Made by a program: the position numbers and the translations under genes. A stretch of 37,875 nt of DNA from the IMG/VR virus record IMGVR_UViG_3300050030_000093. One strand, 5' to 3'. Shown here piece after piece: positions 1-10,300 of the stretch (positions are counted from its first letter, which is position 1; each line of letters starts with the position of its first letter). Below the pieces are notes generated by a model. It had not been told where the DNA came from. It made no database searches and saw nothing but the letters and a program-made list of their open reading frames with translations. This DNA is from an uncultured virus (IMG/VR IMGVR_UViG_3300050030_000093) (taxonomy: Duplodnaviria > Heunggongvirae > Uroviricota > Caudoviricetes).

Positions 1-321
1 AGTGGGAAATTTACTTTTAATTGTATGTCTAATTTTATTTTTTGTTTCTTCACTATGTTTTCTTCTTTTATTATTATATTGTGCTGAACAACTTTGATTA
101 CAAAACTTTTTTTCATTACTTAATGTTTTATTAATGGATTTACCACAATTTTTACATAAAATAATTTCATGGTGTTGTTTTAAAACTTTAAGTCCCAATC
201 TAAATGCTCTATTGGTAAGTGTTCTATATGATACATTAAATTCTTTAGCTATTTCATTATAGTCTTTATTTAAGTTTATTAAACTTTTTAATTTATTATC
301 TAATTCATTATTCCATTTCAT
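1..321 (-). CDS. Probable homing endonuclease (N-terminal part; runs off the window start)
   Basis: Manual translation from ATG at 321: MKWNNELDNKLKSL...CKNCGK...FCNQSCSAQYNNKRRKHSEETKNKIRH..., open to base 1. Has Zn-finger-like cysteines and a NUMOD3-like HSEETKNKI motif; GTATTTAT motif at 336-343; lies just downstream of tRNA-Cys. The catalytic domain is not visible. Confidence 0.65.
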   Translation of the reverse strand, partial: MKWNNELDNKLKSLINLNKDYNEIAKEFNVSYRTLTNRAFRLGLKVLKQHHEIILCKNCGKSINKTLSNEKKFCNQSCSAQYNNKRRKHSEETKNKIRHTIKSKFPT

Positions 322-379
322 TTTTTTATTTTTATATAAATACTTTAAAAACGAGTAAAAAATAGGACTTGAACCTTCG

Positions 380-450
380 AGCCACCCAAGCGAATCGAAC
401 GCTTCTAATCTGTTTTGCAGACAGATACCTGACCAATCGGACAGGGTGGC
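380..450 (-). tRNA. tRNA-Cys(GCA)
   Basis: GCCACCC/GGGTGGC acceptor, U73, anticodon arm TCTGT-CTGCAAA-ACAGA, GTTCGATTC T loop. Confidence 0.93.
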
Positions 451-451
451 A

Positions 452-474
452 AAATTTCCAACATGTCAAAGACC
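452..474 (-). promoter_or_regulatory. rrn boxA-like antitermination element before tRNA cluster 1
   Basis: Minus strand GGTCTTTGACATGTTGGAAATTT. 21 nt are identical to 29752-29772. Resembles rRNA-operon boxA (TGCTCTTTAACA / GTTCTTTGA) and is preceded by a long hairpin (476-530). Confidence 0.6.
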
Positions 475-548
475 TTCTTACGGAGTTATATAAGGTGCAA
501 ACCTTATATGTTGTGATTATAAGCCGTAAGACTTATATTTTAAAGAAT

Positions 549-577
549 AAAAAAACCCGAATCTTGCGAATCGGGTT
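549..577 (-). terminator. Intrinsic terminator/attenuator 1
   Basis: AACCCGATTC-GCAA-GATTCGGGTT followed by a U run; nearly identical to 13292-13319. Confidence 0.85.
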
Positions 578-603
578 CTTGGTTTATTAAAAACTTTTCA
601 GTT

Positions 604-735
604 TTATCTCATAAGAAAACCAGAACCCCCATCATCTCCATTATTTCTGCCTGTAAAGTCTGAACAGAATATAGAAATTCCGTTGCGACTTGAGGTCGAT
701 GTTATAATGGCTGATATGTGCCTGTACGTTTTCAT
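604..735 (-). CDS. Putative attenuator leader peptide 1 (43 aa, MKTYRHISAIITSTSSRNGISIFCSDFTGRNNGDDGGSGFLMR)
   Basis: Short ORF between promoter and terminator. Its 3' end GGGTTCTGGTTT (617-628) is complementary, with one bulge, to the terminator-overlapping AAACCAAGAACCC (573-585). Confidence 0.7.
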   Translation of the reverse strand: MKTYRHISAIITSTSSRNGISIFCSDFTGRNNGDDGGSGFLMR

Positions 736-775
736 TGTTTATTTATTATAAGTTCGTTTTCTATTAAATACTTGG

Positions 776-805
776 CAAAGTTAAATAAAGTTTCAATACC
801 ACCAA
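776..805 (-). promoter_or_regulatory. Bacteroidota sigma-A type promoter (-33 TTTG / -7 TAACTTTG)
   Basis: TTTG-N18-TAACTTTG matches the TTTG...TAnnTTTG consensus. Confidence 0.7.
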
Positions 806-827
806 ACATTTTTTCAATTATTTTCAT

Positions 828-856
828 AAAAAAACCTCAGAAAATTTTCTGAGGTT
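828..856 (-). terminator. Intrinsic terminator after vWA gene
   Basis: AACCTCAGAAAA/TTTTCTGAGGTT inverted repeat plus U tract. Confidence 0.75.
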
Positions 857-880
857 CTTAAATATTTGAGTATCTGAATT

Positions 881-3139
881 TTAGATTTTAACTTCTTTTT
901 CTGATAAATCGAAAGTAAAGTTAAGAAGTTGTTTGTCAAGGGTTAATTCGAGAGAGTTTTCATCGAATGTTTTGAATTCCTTGAACCATTTTTTGCTCAA
1001 TATCAAAGCGAATTTAATCTGAGCAATTTCTTGCAATGCTTTCCTTCTTACTTTATTCAGTTCGTTGGATTTAGTAATCAGATAGGTTTTCAGCATTTCT
1101 TTCTGTTGTGCTTCTGAAAGAGTTTTGTACAATTCAGACTCTGTTACAGCAAGATATTTTTTAATTGCATCTACCATGACGTACTCGCTGAGTTTCAGAC
1201 TTGCACCGCTTTTTATTTTGGCAACAACGTCTTCAACTTTTGGCAAGCTGCTAAGACTCTTTATTTTAGTTTCAAGATTCACTGACATGTAGAAGTCTGT
1301 TGATTCTTCGGCATCAGTTAAAGGAGCAAAGCCGTTATAGTCGGTAATACCGATTGTTTTCAGCCAATCTGCAGCTTCCTGTCCGAGCAATTCAACAAAT
1401 GATTTACTTTCTTTCGGGAATAATGACTTCCTGTAATAATCGTAAACCTTCTTGTCTGCCTGGGTTTTCAGAAGTTCCCATTCCTGTACAGCCAAATCTT
1501 TTGCAGAAAGTGAACGAACCATACCTCTGTTTATAATAGGCAGAGAATTAAGGTCGACAACAATTATAGCTGAAAAATCTGCACCTGCACTTATTACTGC
1601 AAATGGTACGGAATTCGTTGTCAATAAATCAACAAGTTTGCTTGAATAACTTACTGGAAGTTTTTCAACGTTAACAATACCGTCCTTTATAAGAGTAAAG
1701 GTATTGTACTTGTAAGTAGCAACTTCATTGATTTTGAACTTGTTTTCAGGAAGTATTGCTTTTCCTTCAATACGAATACGAATACTGAGATTTGCACGTT
1801 TTTCATTCCATACCAAATCAGTCATTGAATAACCTCTGTCTGGATTGGTGTTGGTGAATTTAACCTCAACGTTCTTCTGCTTCAATTCTTCTGTGATTTT
1901 GTTGAGTTCTTCCACGTTTTTAGCCTCAGATAATCTCTTCTTGTCGGCTTCGCTAAGATTTTCGCCCCTTGCAACACGTTTCCTACCAATCCTGTTGTAA
2001 ACAAAATCAGGATGATTAGGATAAAAAAGACAACCATCGATATTGCCTAACTCTTCAATTAAGTTCATCAAGCAATACGCATTGTCATCAACCTTCTGAA
2101 TAGCACCCCTTCCATCAACAAAACGTTTTGCAGCATCAGCAACGCAGTCTTTGATTGCAGTTTTAAATGCGTTCAATTTCTGTTTACCAAATGCATTTGC
2201 AAGCATTTTGTAATAATGATTGTCGCCCAGAGCATAGAATACTCTCTCAGCCATTTCAGGCATAAAACGTTCAGAAAGTAAATAAATTGCAGCATATAAT
2301 GCAGTATCAGTAATTGATGCTTTTTCACCAATTTCTTTGGTTGAGAAAAAATATAATTCTTTTACATCATTGTTGACAGTTACTTTGTTGTTATCAATAT
2401 TATATACCAACACACTACCGTCAGAATCAATTGAAAACGCAAAATCATATAGATAATTATCTATAATATCTACAATGATTTTTTTACTACCACCGAGTTT
2501 TTTTGTAAATCCTTTAGCAATTACAACGTCATATTCTTCAAATCCAGAACAATCAATTTTTTCTGCCCCAAGAAGTTCACTTATTTGTGTAAGTTTTTTT
2601 GTGTCACAATAAAATCCATATTCCACTACAAGAGAAGCAGATAATTTTGGTGATATTTGTTTTACGGCATTTATAACGCTATTCCAAGACACATCATCAT
2701 TAGAGCAACCATCTGTCATAAAAATTAAAGAAAATAATCCCTTTGAATTATTTTTATTGATACGTTCAATTACATCATTGGCAAGTTCTAATGGTTTAGT
2801 AAATGCCGTTAAACCAATTGGCATTAAAAATTTATCGATGGCATTATTTAAATCATTAAGTTGTTTTAATGAATTTACGTGAACTTCCTCTTTCAGAATG
2901 CCAGCATCATTTCTACCCGAAAACCAAATAATTGATATTGTGTCTTCCTCACCCTTAATTAAATTAGAAATTTTATTTTTTAAATTTTTTCTAATTTCGG
3001 GAAGGTCATGAGACATAGAACCACTAACATCAATAATAATCAAATGATTAATACTTTTTGCCACTTCCGTAGTTGTGTTGGAATTAATCTCTTGAGTTAT
3101 GAGATTAAAGTCTTCATCAAATTTTACATACTTCTTCAT
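881..3139 (-). CDS. vWA-domain protein (752 aa)
   Basis: N-terminal MIDAS motif DVSGSM...T...MTDG; long C-terminal region not recognised. Confidence 0.8.
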   Translation of the reverse strand: MKKYVKFDEDFNLITQEINSNTTTEVAKSINHLIIIDVSGSMSHDLPEIRKNLKNKISNLIKGEEDTISIIWFSGRNDAGILKEEVHVNSLKQLNDLNNAIDKFLMPIGLTAFTKPLELANDVIERINKNNSKGLFSLIFMTDGCSNDDVSWNSVINAVKQISPKLSASLVVEYGFYCDTKKLTQISELLGAEKIDCSGFEEYDVVIAKGFTKKLGGSKKIIVDIIDNYLYDFAFSIDSDGSVLVYNIDNNKVTVNNDVKELYFFSTKEIGEKASITDTALYAAIYLLSERFMPEMAERVFYALGDNHYYKMLANAFGKQKLNAFKTAIKDCVADAAKRFVDGRGAIQKVDDNAYCLMNLIEELGNIDGCLFYPNHPDFVYNRIGRKRVARGENLSEADKKRLSEAKNVEELNKITEELKQKNVEVKFTNTNPDRGYSMTDLVWNEKRANLSIRIRIEGKAILPENKFKINEVATYKYNTFTLIKDGIVNVEKLPVSYSSKLVDLLTTNSVPFAVISAGADFSAIIVVDLNSLPIINRGMVRSLSAKDLAVQEWELLKTQADKKVYDYYRKSLFPKESKSFVELLGQEAADWLKTIGITDYNGFAPLTDAEESTDFYMSVNLETKIKSLSSLPKVEDVVAKIKSGASLKLSEYVMVDAIKKYLAVTESELYKTLSEAQQKEMLKTYLITKSNELNKVRRKALQEIAQIKFALILSKKWFKEFKTFDENSLELTLDKQLLNFTFDLSEKEVKI

Positions 3140-3184
3140 AATTATGATTTTAAATTAATTTACCGCAAATATATTAAATTAATA

Positions 3185-4267
3185 TTAATAAACAAATATA
3201 TTCAAACAATTTTTCATATTTTTAGGCATATGTTTGCAAATTTCATCTAACCATCCACTTTCACGTGTAATTCTATATGAAGTACTTGATTTCATTTGAA
3301 ATTCTTTTCTTGTTTTATATTTTAATGCTTCTTGTTGACACATTTCCTTTGTCCAATATCCATTTTCCTTTCTCCCATTTGTCATATGTAAACAAATTTC
3401 GTTAAGCCAATCATTACGATATGCTGCTGTATGTGCACCGCAAGATTTTTTTTGAAATTCGGATTTAGTCTTATATTTTAATGCTTCTTGTTGACATGTT
3501 TCTTTTGTCCATTTTACTTGACAACCGCCAATTGCACCAGTTTTTGCAATATTCAATACTTGCCAGCCATTTTTATAATAATTATCTACATAATATTGTT
3601 CATTTTGTTTTGCTTTTTCAATATTAATATATTTAGTTAGTTGTTTAAATATTGGTTTATGACTACAGACTTGAATATGCTTGTAAATTTGTGATTTATT
3701 GTCTACCAAATGTCTGGCAGTTCTTTTATTGAAATTGTACGTTAATCCGATATAAACAAAACCATCATCGAATTCAGCAGCATATGTACATCTTTTCTTT
3801 AAACTTCCAATGGTTGCCATATGTTGGCATATTTCATCAAGAAATTTGTTTTTAGTGGCGAATGCGTGTCCGCCACCACATTTTCGAGCAAACTCACTTC
3901 TCGAATTATATTTCAATGCCTCATTTTTACAGAGTTCTTTACTCCATTTAATTCTCAAAACGGTCATGTGTTGACAAATTTCATTAAGCCAACCATTTCT
4001 TTTTGCGGAAAGATATGCACCCATAGAACTTTGATTGAACATAGTTCTGGTATTATATTTAAGTGCCTCATGTTTACATGCTTCTTTAAACCAAATTTTA
4101 TTATATTGTGTCGGTCTTACCATGTGTTGGCATATCTCCTTTAACCACCCATTCTTCTGTGCAGTTATATATCCACTATTAGATTTTTTCTGAAACTCAA
4201 CTCTGGACATATATTTGAATGCTTCTGCAGTACAATTTTCCTTAGACCAATATCTATATTTTCCCAT
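3185..4267 (-). CDS. GIY-YIG endonuclease flanked by five W-x-K-E-x-C...E-I-C-x-H-M repeats
   Basis: CTY...VYIGLT...R...H...E...LN GIY-YIG core; 3 repeats N-terminal and 2 C-terminal. Confidence 0.8.
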   Translation of the reverse strand: MGKYRYWSKENCTAEAFKYMSRVEFQKKSNSGYITAQKNGWLKEICQHMVRPTQYNKIWFKEACKHEALKYNTRTMFNQSSMGAYLSAKRNGWLNEICQHMTVLRIKWSKELCKNEALKYNSRSEFARKCGGGHAFATKNKFLDEICQHMATIGSLKKRCTYAAEFDDGFVYIGLTYNFNKRTARHLVDNKSQIYKHIQVCSHKPIFKQLTKYINIEKAKQNEQYYVDNYYKNGWQVLNIAKTGAIGGCQVKWTKETCQQEALKYKTKSEFQKKSCGAHTAAYRNDWLNEICLHMTNGRKENGYWTKEMCQQEALKYKTRKEFQMKSSTSYRITRESGWLDEICKHMPKNMKNCLNIFVY

Positions 4268-4418
4268 TATTCATATGATTGAAATGTTCTTGCAGAAGCC
4301 AATTTATGAGTTTGGACTTATTTATTCTGAGTTCTTCAAGCCTCTCGTTGATTTCGGGGCGAATGGTGATTGAGAATTTCCTTTTCTTCTCTTCGGGTTT
4401 CATTTGTTTTCTTGCCAT
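4254..4418 (-). CDS. Small ribbon-helix-helix-like DNA-binding protein
   Basis: MARKQMKPEEKKRKFSITIRPEINERLEELRINKSKLINWLL; start placed at ATG 4418, downstream of GTATTTAT (4434-4441). Confidence 0.6.
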   Translation of the reverse strand: MARKQMKPEEKKRKFSITIRPEINERLEELRINKSKLINWLLQEHFNHMNNGKI

Positions 4419-4464
4419 GATATTTACTTTATCATAAATACTCAATAAAACTCAAAAAGTAGGA

Positions 4465-4629
4465 TTAGTCGCACTTTTTTATGAACTTTTTTACGTCTTT
4501 TTTGTCAGATTTTAGCCATTTATCTAACAATGAGTTGATTAACTTGGATTTATTGTAATTGGATTTCTCAAGTTCTTCGTCAATTTTCTGGTCAACGGCT
4601 ATGGTTATCTTTGCTCGGTTCTTGCTCAT
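4465..4629 (-). CDS. Second RHH-like protein (54 aa), paralog of 4254-4418
   Basis: Manual translation MSKNRAKITIAVDQKIDEELEKSNYNKSKLINSLLDKWLK...; shares ITI...L...NKSKLIN.LL. Confidence 0.6.
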   Translation of the reverse strand: MSKNRAKITIAVDQKIDEELEKSNYNKSKLINSLLDKWLKSDKKDVKKFIKKCD

Positions 4630-4781
4630 TTTTCATTTTCAGTTGTGCTCTCCGGTTGTGTTGTAACTGGTTCGGGTGTTGGTTCGTTTGGTATTATTTG
4701 CTTCTCTTGACCCAATTGTTCTTCTGTTGGTTGCCAAGCAGGTTTCACATAATTTCGTTGTTCAAATTTTTCGTTTTCCAT
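4626..4781 (-). CDS. Hypothetical protein (51 aa, Pro/Glu/Thr-rich)
   Basis: Manual translation MENEKFEQRNYVKPAWQPTEEQLGQEKQIIPNEPTPEPVTTQPESTTENEK; ATGA overlap with the next ORF. Confidence 0.5.
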   Translation of the reverse strand: MENEKFEQRNYVKPAWQPTEEQLGQEKQIIPNEPTPEPVTTQPESTTENEK

Positions 4782-4802
4782 ATTAGTAATATTAAATTAA
4801 AA

Positions 4803-7271
4803 TTATTTCCTTATCATATGTGCTGTACATTCTTCAAACCAACCATTCTTTTTTGCTGTTCTATATGCATTATGATTTTTATTGTGCCATTCAGTTTTAG
4901 TTTTATATTTCATTGCATCAACAGCACAATTTTCTCTAATATTCCAATAACTTAATGGTTTTTGTTTTATCATGTGAGCAGTACATTCCTCTAACCAACT
5001 ATGCTTACGAGCAGCATTAACTGCACTGCCTTCATTATTCTGCCATTCTTTGATTGTTTTAAATTTCATTGCGCTTTTAATACATTTCTCCTTTGTCCAT
5101 AAATTCTTTTTGTTCATATGAAGAGTGCATTCTTCAAACCAATTATTTCTTTTTGCTGCATTACATGCACCACTACCACCTTTTATCCATTCATTTATTG
5201 TTTGAAATTTCTTAGCACTTTCAATACATAATTCCTTTGTCCATGAATTAAGAACCATTTTCATATGTTTAACACATTCATCGTACCAGCCTTCTCTTTT
5301 AGCAGCAGTATATGCACCACCCTCATTTATTCGCCACTCATTTATAGTTTGATATTTTTTAGCATTTTCAATACAACTTTCTTTTGTCCATGAGTTTCTT
5401 TTTTTCATGTGTGAGGTAATTTCATCAAGCCAACCATTTAGAAATGCCGCATTATATACACTTTGTTCATTTTTTTGCCATTCCGAATGTTCTGAATATC
5501 CCAATGCATTTTCAATACATTTTTCTTTAGTCCAATATCCAGACGGCTTTTGTGATTTTATTGTCATATGTTTGACACATTCATCGTACCAACCTTCTCT
5601 TTTGGCAGCATTATGTGCACCAGCAGCATTATTATTCCAATCAACAGGTCTTTGATATCTCGAAGCACTATCAATACATAATTCCTTTGTCCATCTAAAT
5701 AATTTCTCCATATGTTGTATGCATTCATCATACCAACCATTTGCTTGTGCAGCACGGCATGCACCACGTTCATTTTTTTCCCAATCAATAGGTCTTTGAT
5801 ATCTTGAAGCACTATCAACGCATCTTTGTCTGTTCCAAAATCCGCTTGGCATTGCTTTTAGAAACTCTGCCCGAACATCCCTAATTGTCGTAAATGCATA
5901 CGTATGAAGTAAAGAATCTTTCTTATGATATATGTCTTTGAAAAGTTCGAAGACTGGTAGTGCCGAAAAGTCTATTGGCGATAATCTCTTGACTGATTTC
6001 TTTCTGTTCGGGACAGCAGTGATGTCATTCGTATTATTACCACCGCCATTATTACCGTTGACATGTGGTCTTACGGGTATTTGCATGTCATTAAAGTTCT
6101 TCCCGTTAAAATGCGTGAAGTAATATTCGTCAGATAATGCCAAAACACCCGTCATAACGTACTTGTAATAATCACTGAGGGTGTTCGGGGCAACCTTGAA
6201 GAATAACTTCTGTAAGCCATTTGGATGCTTTCTAACGACTCTACAAAAGAGTTGATATACTCTGTCAACATTCATAGATGTTGTCATATCGACCACATTA
6301 ACGAGTTCTGGATAGTTAAATCCAAGTATACCTCTACCCACGACAATAAGTATGAGACAATCTGGGTCTGCTTTGAAATTTTCAATTTCCGTGGAGTCAT
6401 AGTCAATGTCTGAAATGCTCAGTGCGGATTTAACGCCAATTTTGTCAAAATAATTCTTAACTTGTATGGCTTGCCTTTGAGATTTACAAGCAATCATGGT
6501 TTTCTGCAAACGTTTCAAGGTAGGCAACCATTCGGGTAAAAGATTCATGTATTCATTACCTCTGATGCTCTTGAGTCTTTCAACAATCTTACCAATAAGG
6601 TCATCAAGTGTTTTCTTAGTCTCAGAATCTTTAAATTGAATGCTTTCTTTTAGTTCATCATTCTGGTTGTAATCGTATATGTCGAAGTTGTAACTACTCG
6701 TGGCTATTTCAACATAAACATCTGATACCATACCTTCGTCAAAGATAGTGTTCAGTGTTACGGGTATAATCGGGTGTTTCTCTCTTATGAATATTGAAGG
6801 AGTACCTGTAAGCAATAGTTGTCTGCGGGGTTTGGTCTTCTTGATGATGTCCTTTACCATTTTTTCACCAAAATAAAACTGATGTGCTTCGTCAACCACA
6901 AGCAGGTCAATCTTCTTGAGAGATTTTCTATTTAGAGTTTGCGGTAAGCAGACGTTCACGGCTTTGCTTTCATCATATTCACTGAAATTATCAGCCAACT
7001 TATATGTGAAGTCTGGTTTGATTTCTTCCAAGACATCATGAAATTGTGTACGTAATATGGTAGTACCGTGTGCCAACACAATTACTTTTGAATTGGGATT
7101 CTTCTGCAAGAAATCCTCAATGCAATGGATTGCCATTATTGTCTTACCAGCAGATGGGCAAGCAGCCAGTACTGTTATTTCCTGACTGCTTAGACTATCT
7201 TTGACTTTGTTTATTGTTTCTGTTTGGTATGCTAATACCTTGAGATTTCTACTTTCGAACCAATTATTCAT
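4803..7271 (-). CDS. SF2 (DEAH-box) helicase with seven C-terminal ~48-aa repeats
   Basis: Walker A AACPSAGKT, VVDEAH, LTGTP, motif VI QLFCRVVR; WTKExC...ECxxHM repeats. Confidence 0.88.
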   Translation of the reverse strand: MNNWFESRNLKVLAYQTETINKVKDSLSSQEITVLAACPSAGKTIMAIHCIEDFLQKNPNSKVIVLAHGTTILRTQFHDVLEEIKPDFTYKLADNFSEYDESKAVNVCLPQTLNRKSLKKIDLLVVDEAHQFYFGEKMVKDIIKKTKPRRQLLLTGTPSIFIREKHPIIPVTLNTIFDEGMVSDVYVEIATSSYNFDIYDYNQNDELKESIQFKDSETKKTLDDLIGKIVERLKSIRGNEYMNLLPEWLPTLKRLQKTMIACKSQRQAIQVKNYFDKIGVKSALSISDIDYDSTEIENFKADPDCLILIVVGRGILGFNYPELVNVVDMTTSMNVDRVYQLFCRVVRKHPNGLQKLFFKVAPNTLSDYYKYVMTGVLALSDEYYFTHFNGKNFNDMQIPVRPHVNGNNGGGNNTNDITAVPNRKKSVKRLSPIDFSALPVFELFKDIYHKKDSLLHTYAFTTIRDVRAEFLKAMPSGFWNRQRCVDSASRYQRPIDWEKNERGACRAAQANGWYDECIQHMEKLFRWTKELCIDSASRYQRPVDWNNNAAGAHNAAKREGWYDECVKHMTIKSQKPSGYWTKEKCIENALGYSEHSEWQKNEQSVYNAAFLNGWLDEITSHMKKRNSWTKESCIENAKKYQTINEWRINEGGAYTAAKREGWYDECVKHMKMVLNSWTKELCIESAKKFQTINEWIKGGSGACNAAKRNNWFEECTLHMNKKNLWTKEKCIKSAMKFKTIKEWQNNEGSAVNAARKHSWLEECTAHMIKQKPLSYWNIRENCAVDAMKYKTKTEWHNKNHNAYRTAKKNGWFEECTAHMIRK

Positions 7272-7335
7272 ATGTTACAGTTAAATGAATCACAAAGATA
7301 TATAAAATTTTACAATATGCAAATATTTACATTTT

Positions 7336-10300
7336 TTATCCACATTTTGAACTTCCACAACCTTTACAAACAAGACATCCTTCAATAAATTGAAGATTTT
7401 CACTTCCACATTCAGGGCATTTACCTCTTCCCTTTTCACCGTCCTTAATATATCTTTTTATTGTACGTGCTACGCCATTTTTCCAAGTATTAATATAGTC
7501 TTCTTTAAAGTTCAAAGAATCTATGAGTTCATATTGTTTAATTACTGGCATTCCATGTCTCATGATTCCCGAAATTAATTTAGCATAGTTCCAAAATTCG
7601 GGATTAAATGCTTGATTTAGTCCAGTATGAACTTGTTTTTCGCCATCACTATCAATATATTCAATATCATATCTTTTTATTTTGATTGGCTTGCTTTCTG
7701 CATCAATATCATCAATTATATTTTTAACTACTTCACATTCTTTCACGTGTGGTGGTAATTTGCTTAAACCATTTTCTAATTTACCTGTAAATATTTCATA
7801 TGGTCTGCCATCTTTCATACCTACAACAGCAATCCACTTTTCCAAATTATTTTGGAATCTATGAATTTCGGCTTTAAGTCTTTTTGGGCGTTTTGGCGCA
7901 TTATTTTCTTGAAGTTTTTCTTCTTTTCCTTCATTATTAATAAGAACACCACTGCGACTTTCATCACGATAAACAGTACAACCCTTACAACCACTTCGCC
8001 ATGCAGTTTCATACACTTTTGCAACAAGTTCTTCAGTTACATCTTTTGGTAGATTAACTGTTACAGAAATACTGTGGTCTACGTGACGTTGAATTCTACC
8101 CTGCATTTCAACCTTTTTAACCCAATCTACATCATTTGCAGTTGCCTTATAATATGGAGATTTTTTTACTATTTCATCACGTTGCTCATCAGTCATATTT
8201 CTGACTGCGTTTATATTATAATTATTAACATCCAGCCATATTTCAAATTTATGGTGAAATACCGGATATTCCTGCCATGCAATACCTTCGGCATCTTCAA
8301 AATCAGTTCTTACGTCTTTTTCTTGCGGATTGATTTTTCTGCGCCTTTTATATACTGGTGAAAAGCAAGGTTCAATTCCTGATGTGGTTTGAGTCATGAG
8401 ACTTGCTGTACCTGTTGGAGCAATTGTAAGTAGTGCGATGTTTCGCCTACCATATTTAATCATACTTTCATATAAATCGGGGTGTTCACTTTTTATGCGG
8501 AGAATAAAGGGATTATTCGCCTCACGTTTTGCATCGTATATTGGAAATGCGCCACGCTCCTTTGCCATTCTGATTGAAGAATCGTATGCATACAACTTTA
8601 AAGCCTTATGCACATTCTCGCTGAAAGTTGTTGCTTCATCAGTACCATAACGAAATCCAAGAGCTGCAAGCATATCACCTTCTGCAGTAACACCAAGTCC
8701 AGTTCTACGACCTCTAATGGTTTTATCCTTAATTCTTTCCCAAAGTCGGATTTCATATAGTTTTAAAAATTCGTCTTCGGGGTCTGAATTAATTTTAGCA
8801 AGAATCTGGTCAATTTTTTCAATTTCCAAATCGATTATATCGTCCATATAACGCATGGCAATTATCACATCGTTTACAAATAAATCCCAATCAAAATATG
8901 CGTTTTCTGTAAAAGGATATTTAACATAACCATATAAATTTAGTGATAATAAACGGCAACTATCGTCATTACAAAGAGGAATTTCACCACATCTTCGTGC
9001 AGAAATACCATTAACAATAATATTTCTACCCATATCTTCTTTAATACAATATACTGATTCATTGTTAATGTTTTTTATTACTATAACAGTATCTGTAAAT
9101 GATGATTTTATTTGAAAATTATGTTCAACATTAATTTTATCTTCTTTGTCTTTAAAACCTAAAAATCCGACACTATTTTTATATTTAACCAAAGAGCCAC
9201 CTAAACTAATTAATTCATATTGTATTTTTGTTTTGTATAATGAATTACCTCCACGACCATTGGGTAAACTTGTTAATTTACTATCTCTACGTTTATATAT
9301 ACCAAATATCATTCCGTTTGAATGAAGTATCATTTGAACTTTTCTTAGCATTTCTTCATTGCTCTGCGATAATCTAACAGTAAATCCACTTCTTTGAGTA
9401 CCTTGTACTGAACCATCACAATACATAAGTGCTGCAATATAAAATTTACCAATTTTTCTTGAAGAATTATTCATTATAAATTCAGGTACATCATGTTTGG
9501 TGTTATGATTAAATCCTACATTATTTAGTAATTTCGCCAACCATGCAGAAGAAATTCTAATTTTATTATATTTTTCACTACGTGAAACAAAATATTTACT
9601 CAGTTTCGCATCATTTTCATTATAAAAATCTCCATACTGAAGATATAAAATATCAATTAAACTTAATACGAATTTTTCCATTCTAAATCTATCATCACCC
9701 CAAAAATCCAAATGAGCACGATTACGTTTTTTATCAAATGTACCATCACCAGTTATTAATCCAATTAATGTTGCTAAAATTTCTTCATTGGTTTCAGGCA
9801 AACAACCAATAATTGAATCAAAAGCATTTGGTATTGCTATTAATATTTCATGTTCAGGAGTTAAATCTTTTGCTTCAATCATTCCCGTTGTAGTTGCAAT
9901 GTGATGGTCAGGTGTACATCTTAATTTAAAACCTTTAGATGTTATAATTTCAAGAATTTCGGCATTTTTTTGTGTTAAAAACACAGGACTTGCTATTCTG
10001 ATTAATGTTCCTTCTTGTGTGTTATCAATTTTCCAATTTTCTGGTTTTTCTTCACCATCATCAATATATGAAATTCTTCTATCAGAAACTATGTTTGTTG
10101 CTTTTATATCACATGTTGAATTTATAAATTTCGTTTCATTAATTGATGCTAAATCGCCAAATTTAACATATCCGTCTTCAGTTAATAAATATTCGCTTGC
10201 TGGAAAACATGGATTTGTTGAAGTAGTTTTATACCCTAAGTCTGCATAACAATCTGGAACACTTTCACGTATAACTTGGTCCCAGAATAAAATACCTGGT

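Noticed and set aside
361..375. GGTTCAAGTCC T-arm-like fragment after tRNA-Cys
   Set aside because: Only 11 nt with no other arms; may be an insertion scar but cannot be supported.
369..590. ORF-track ORFs over RNA genes (369-590, 13075-13293, 13179-13388, 28268-28516, 28592-28891, 37267-37707)
   Set aside because: They overlap tRNAs, terminators or HNH genes and show no protein motifs; treated as spurious.
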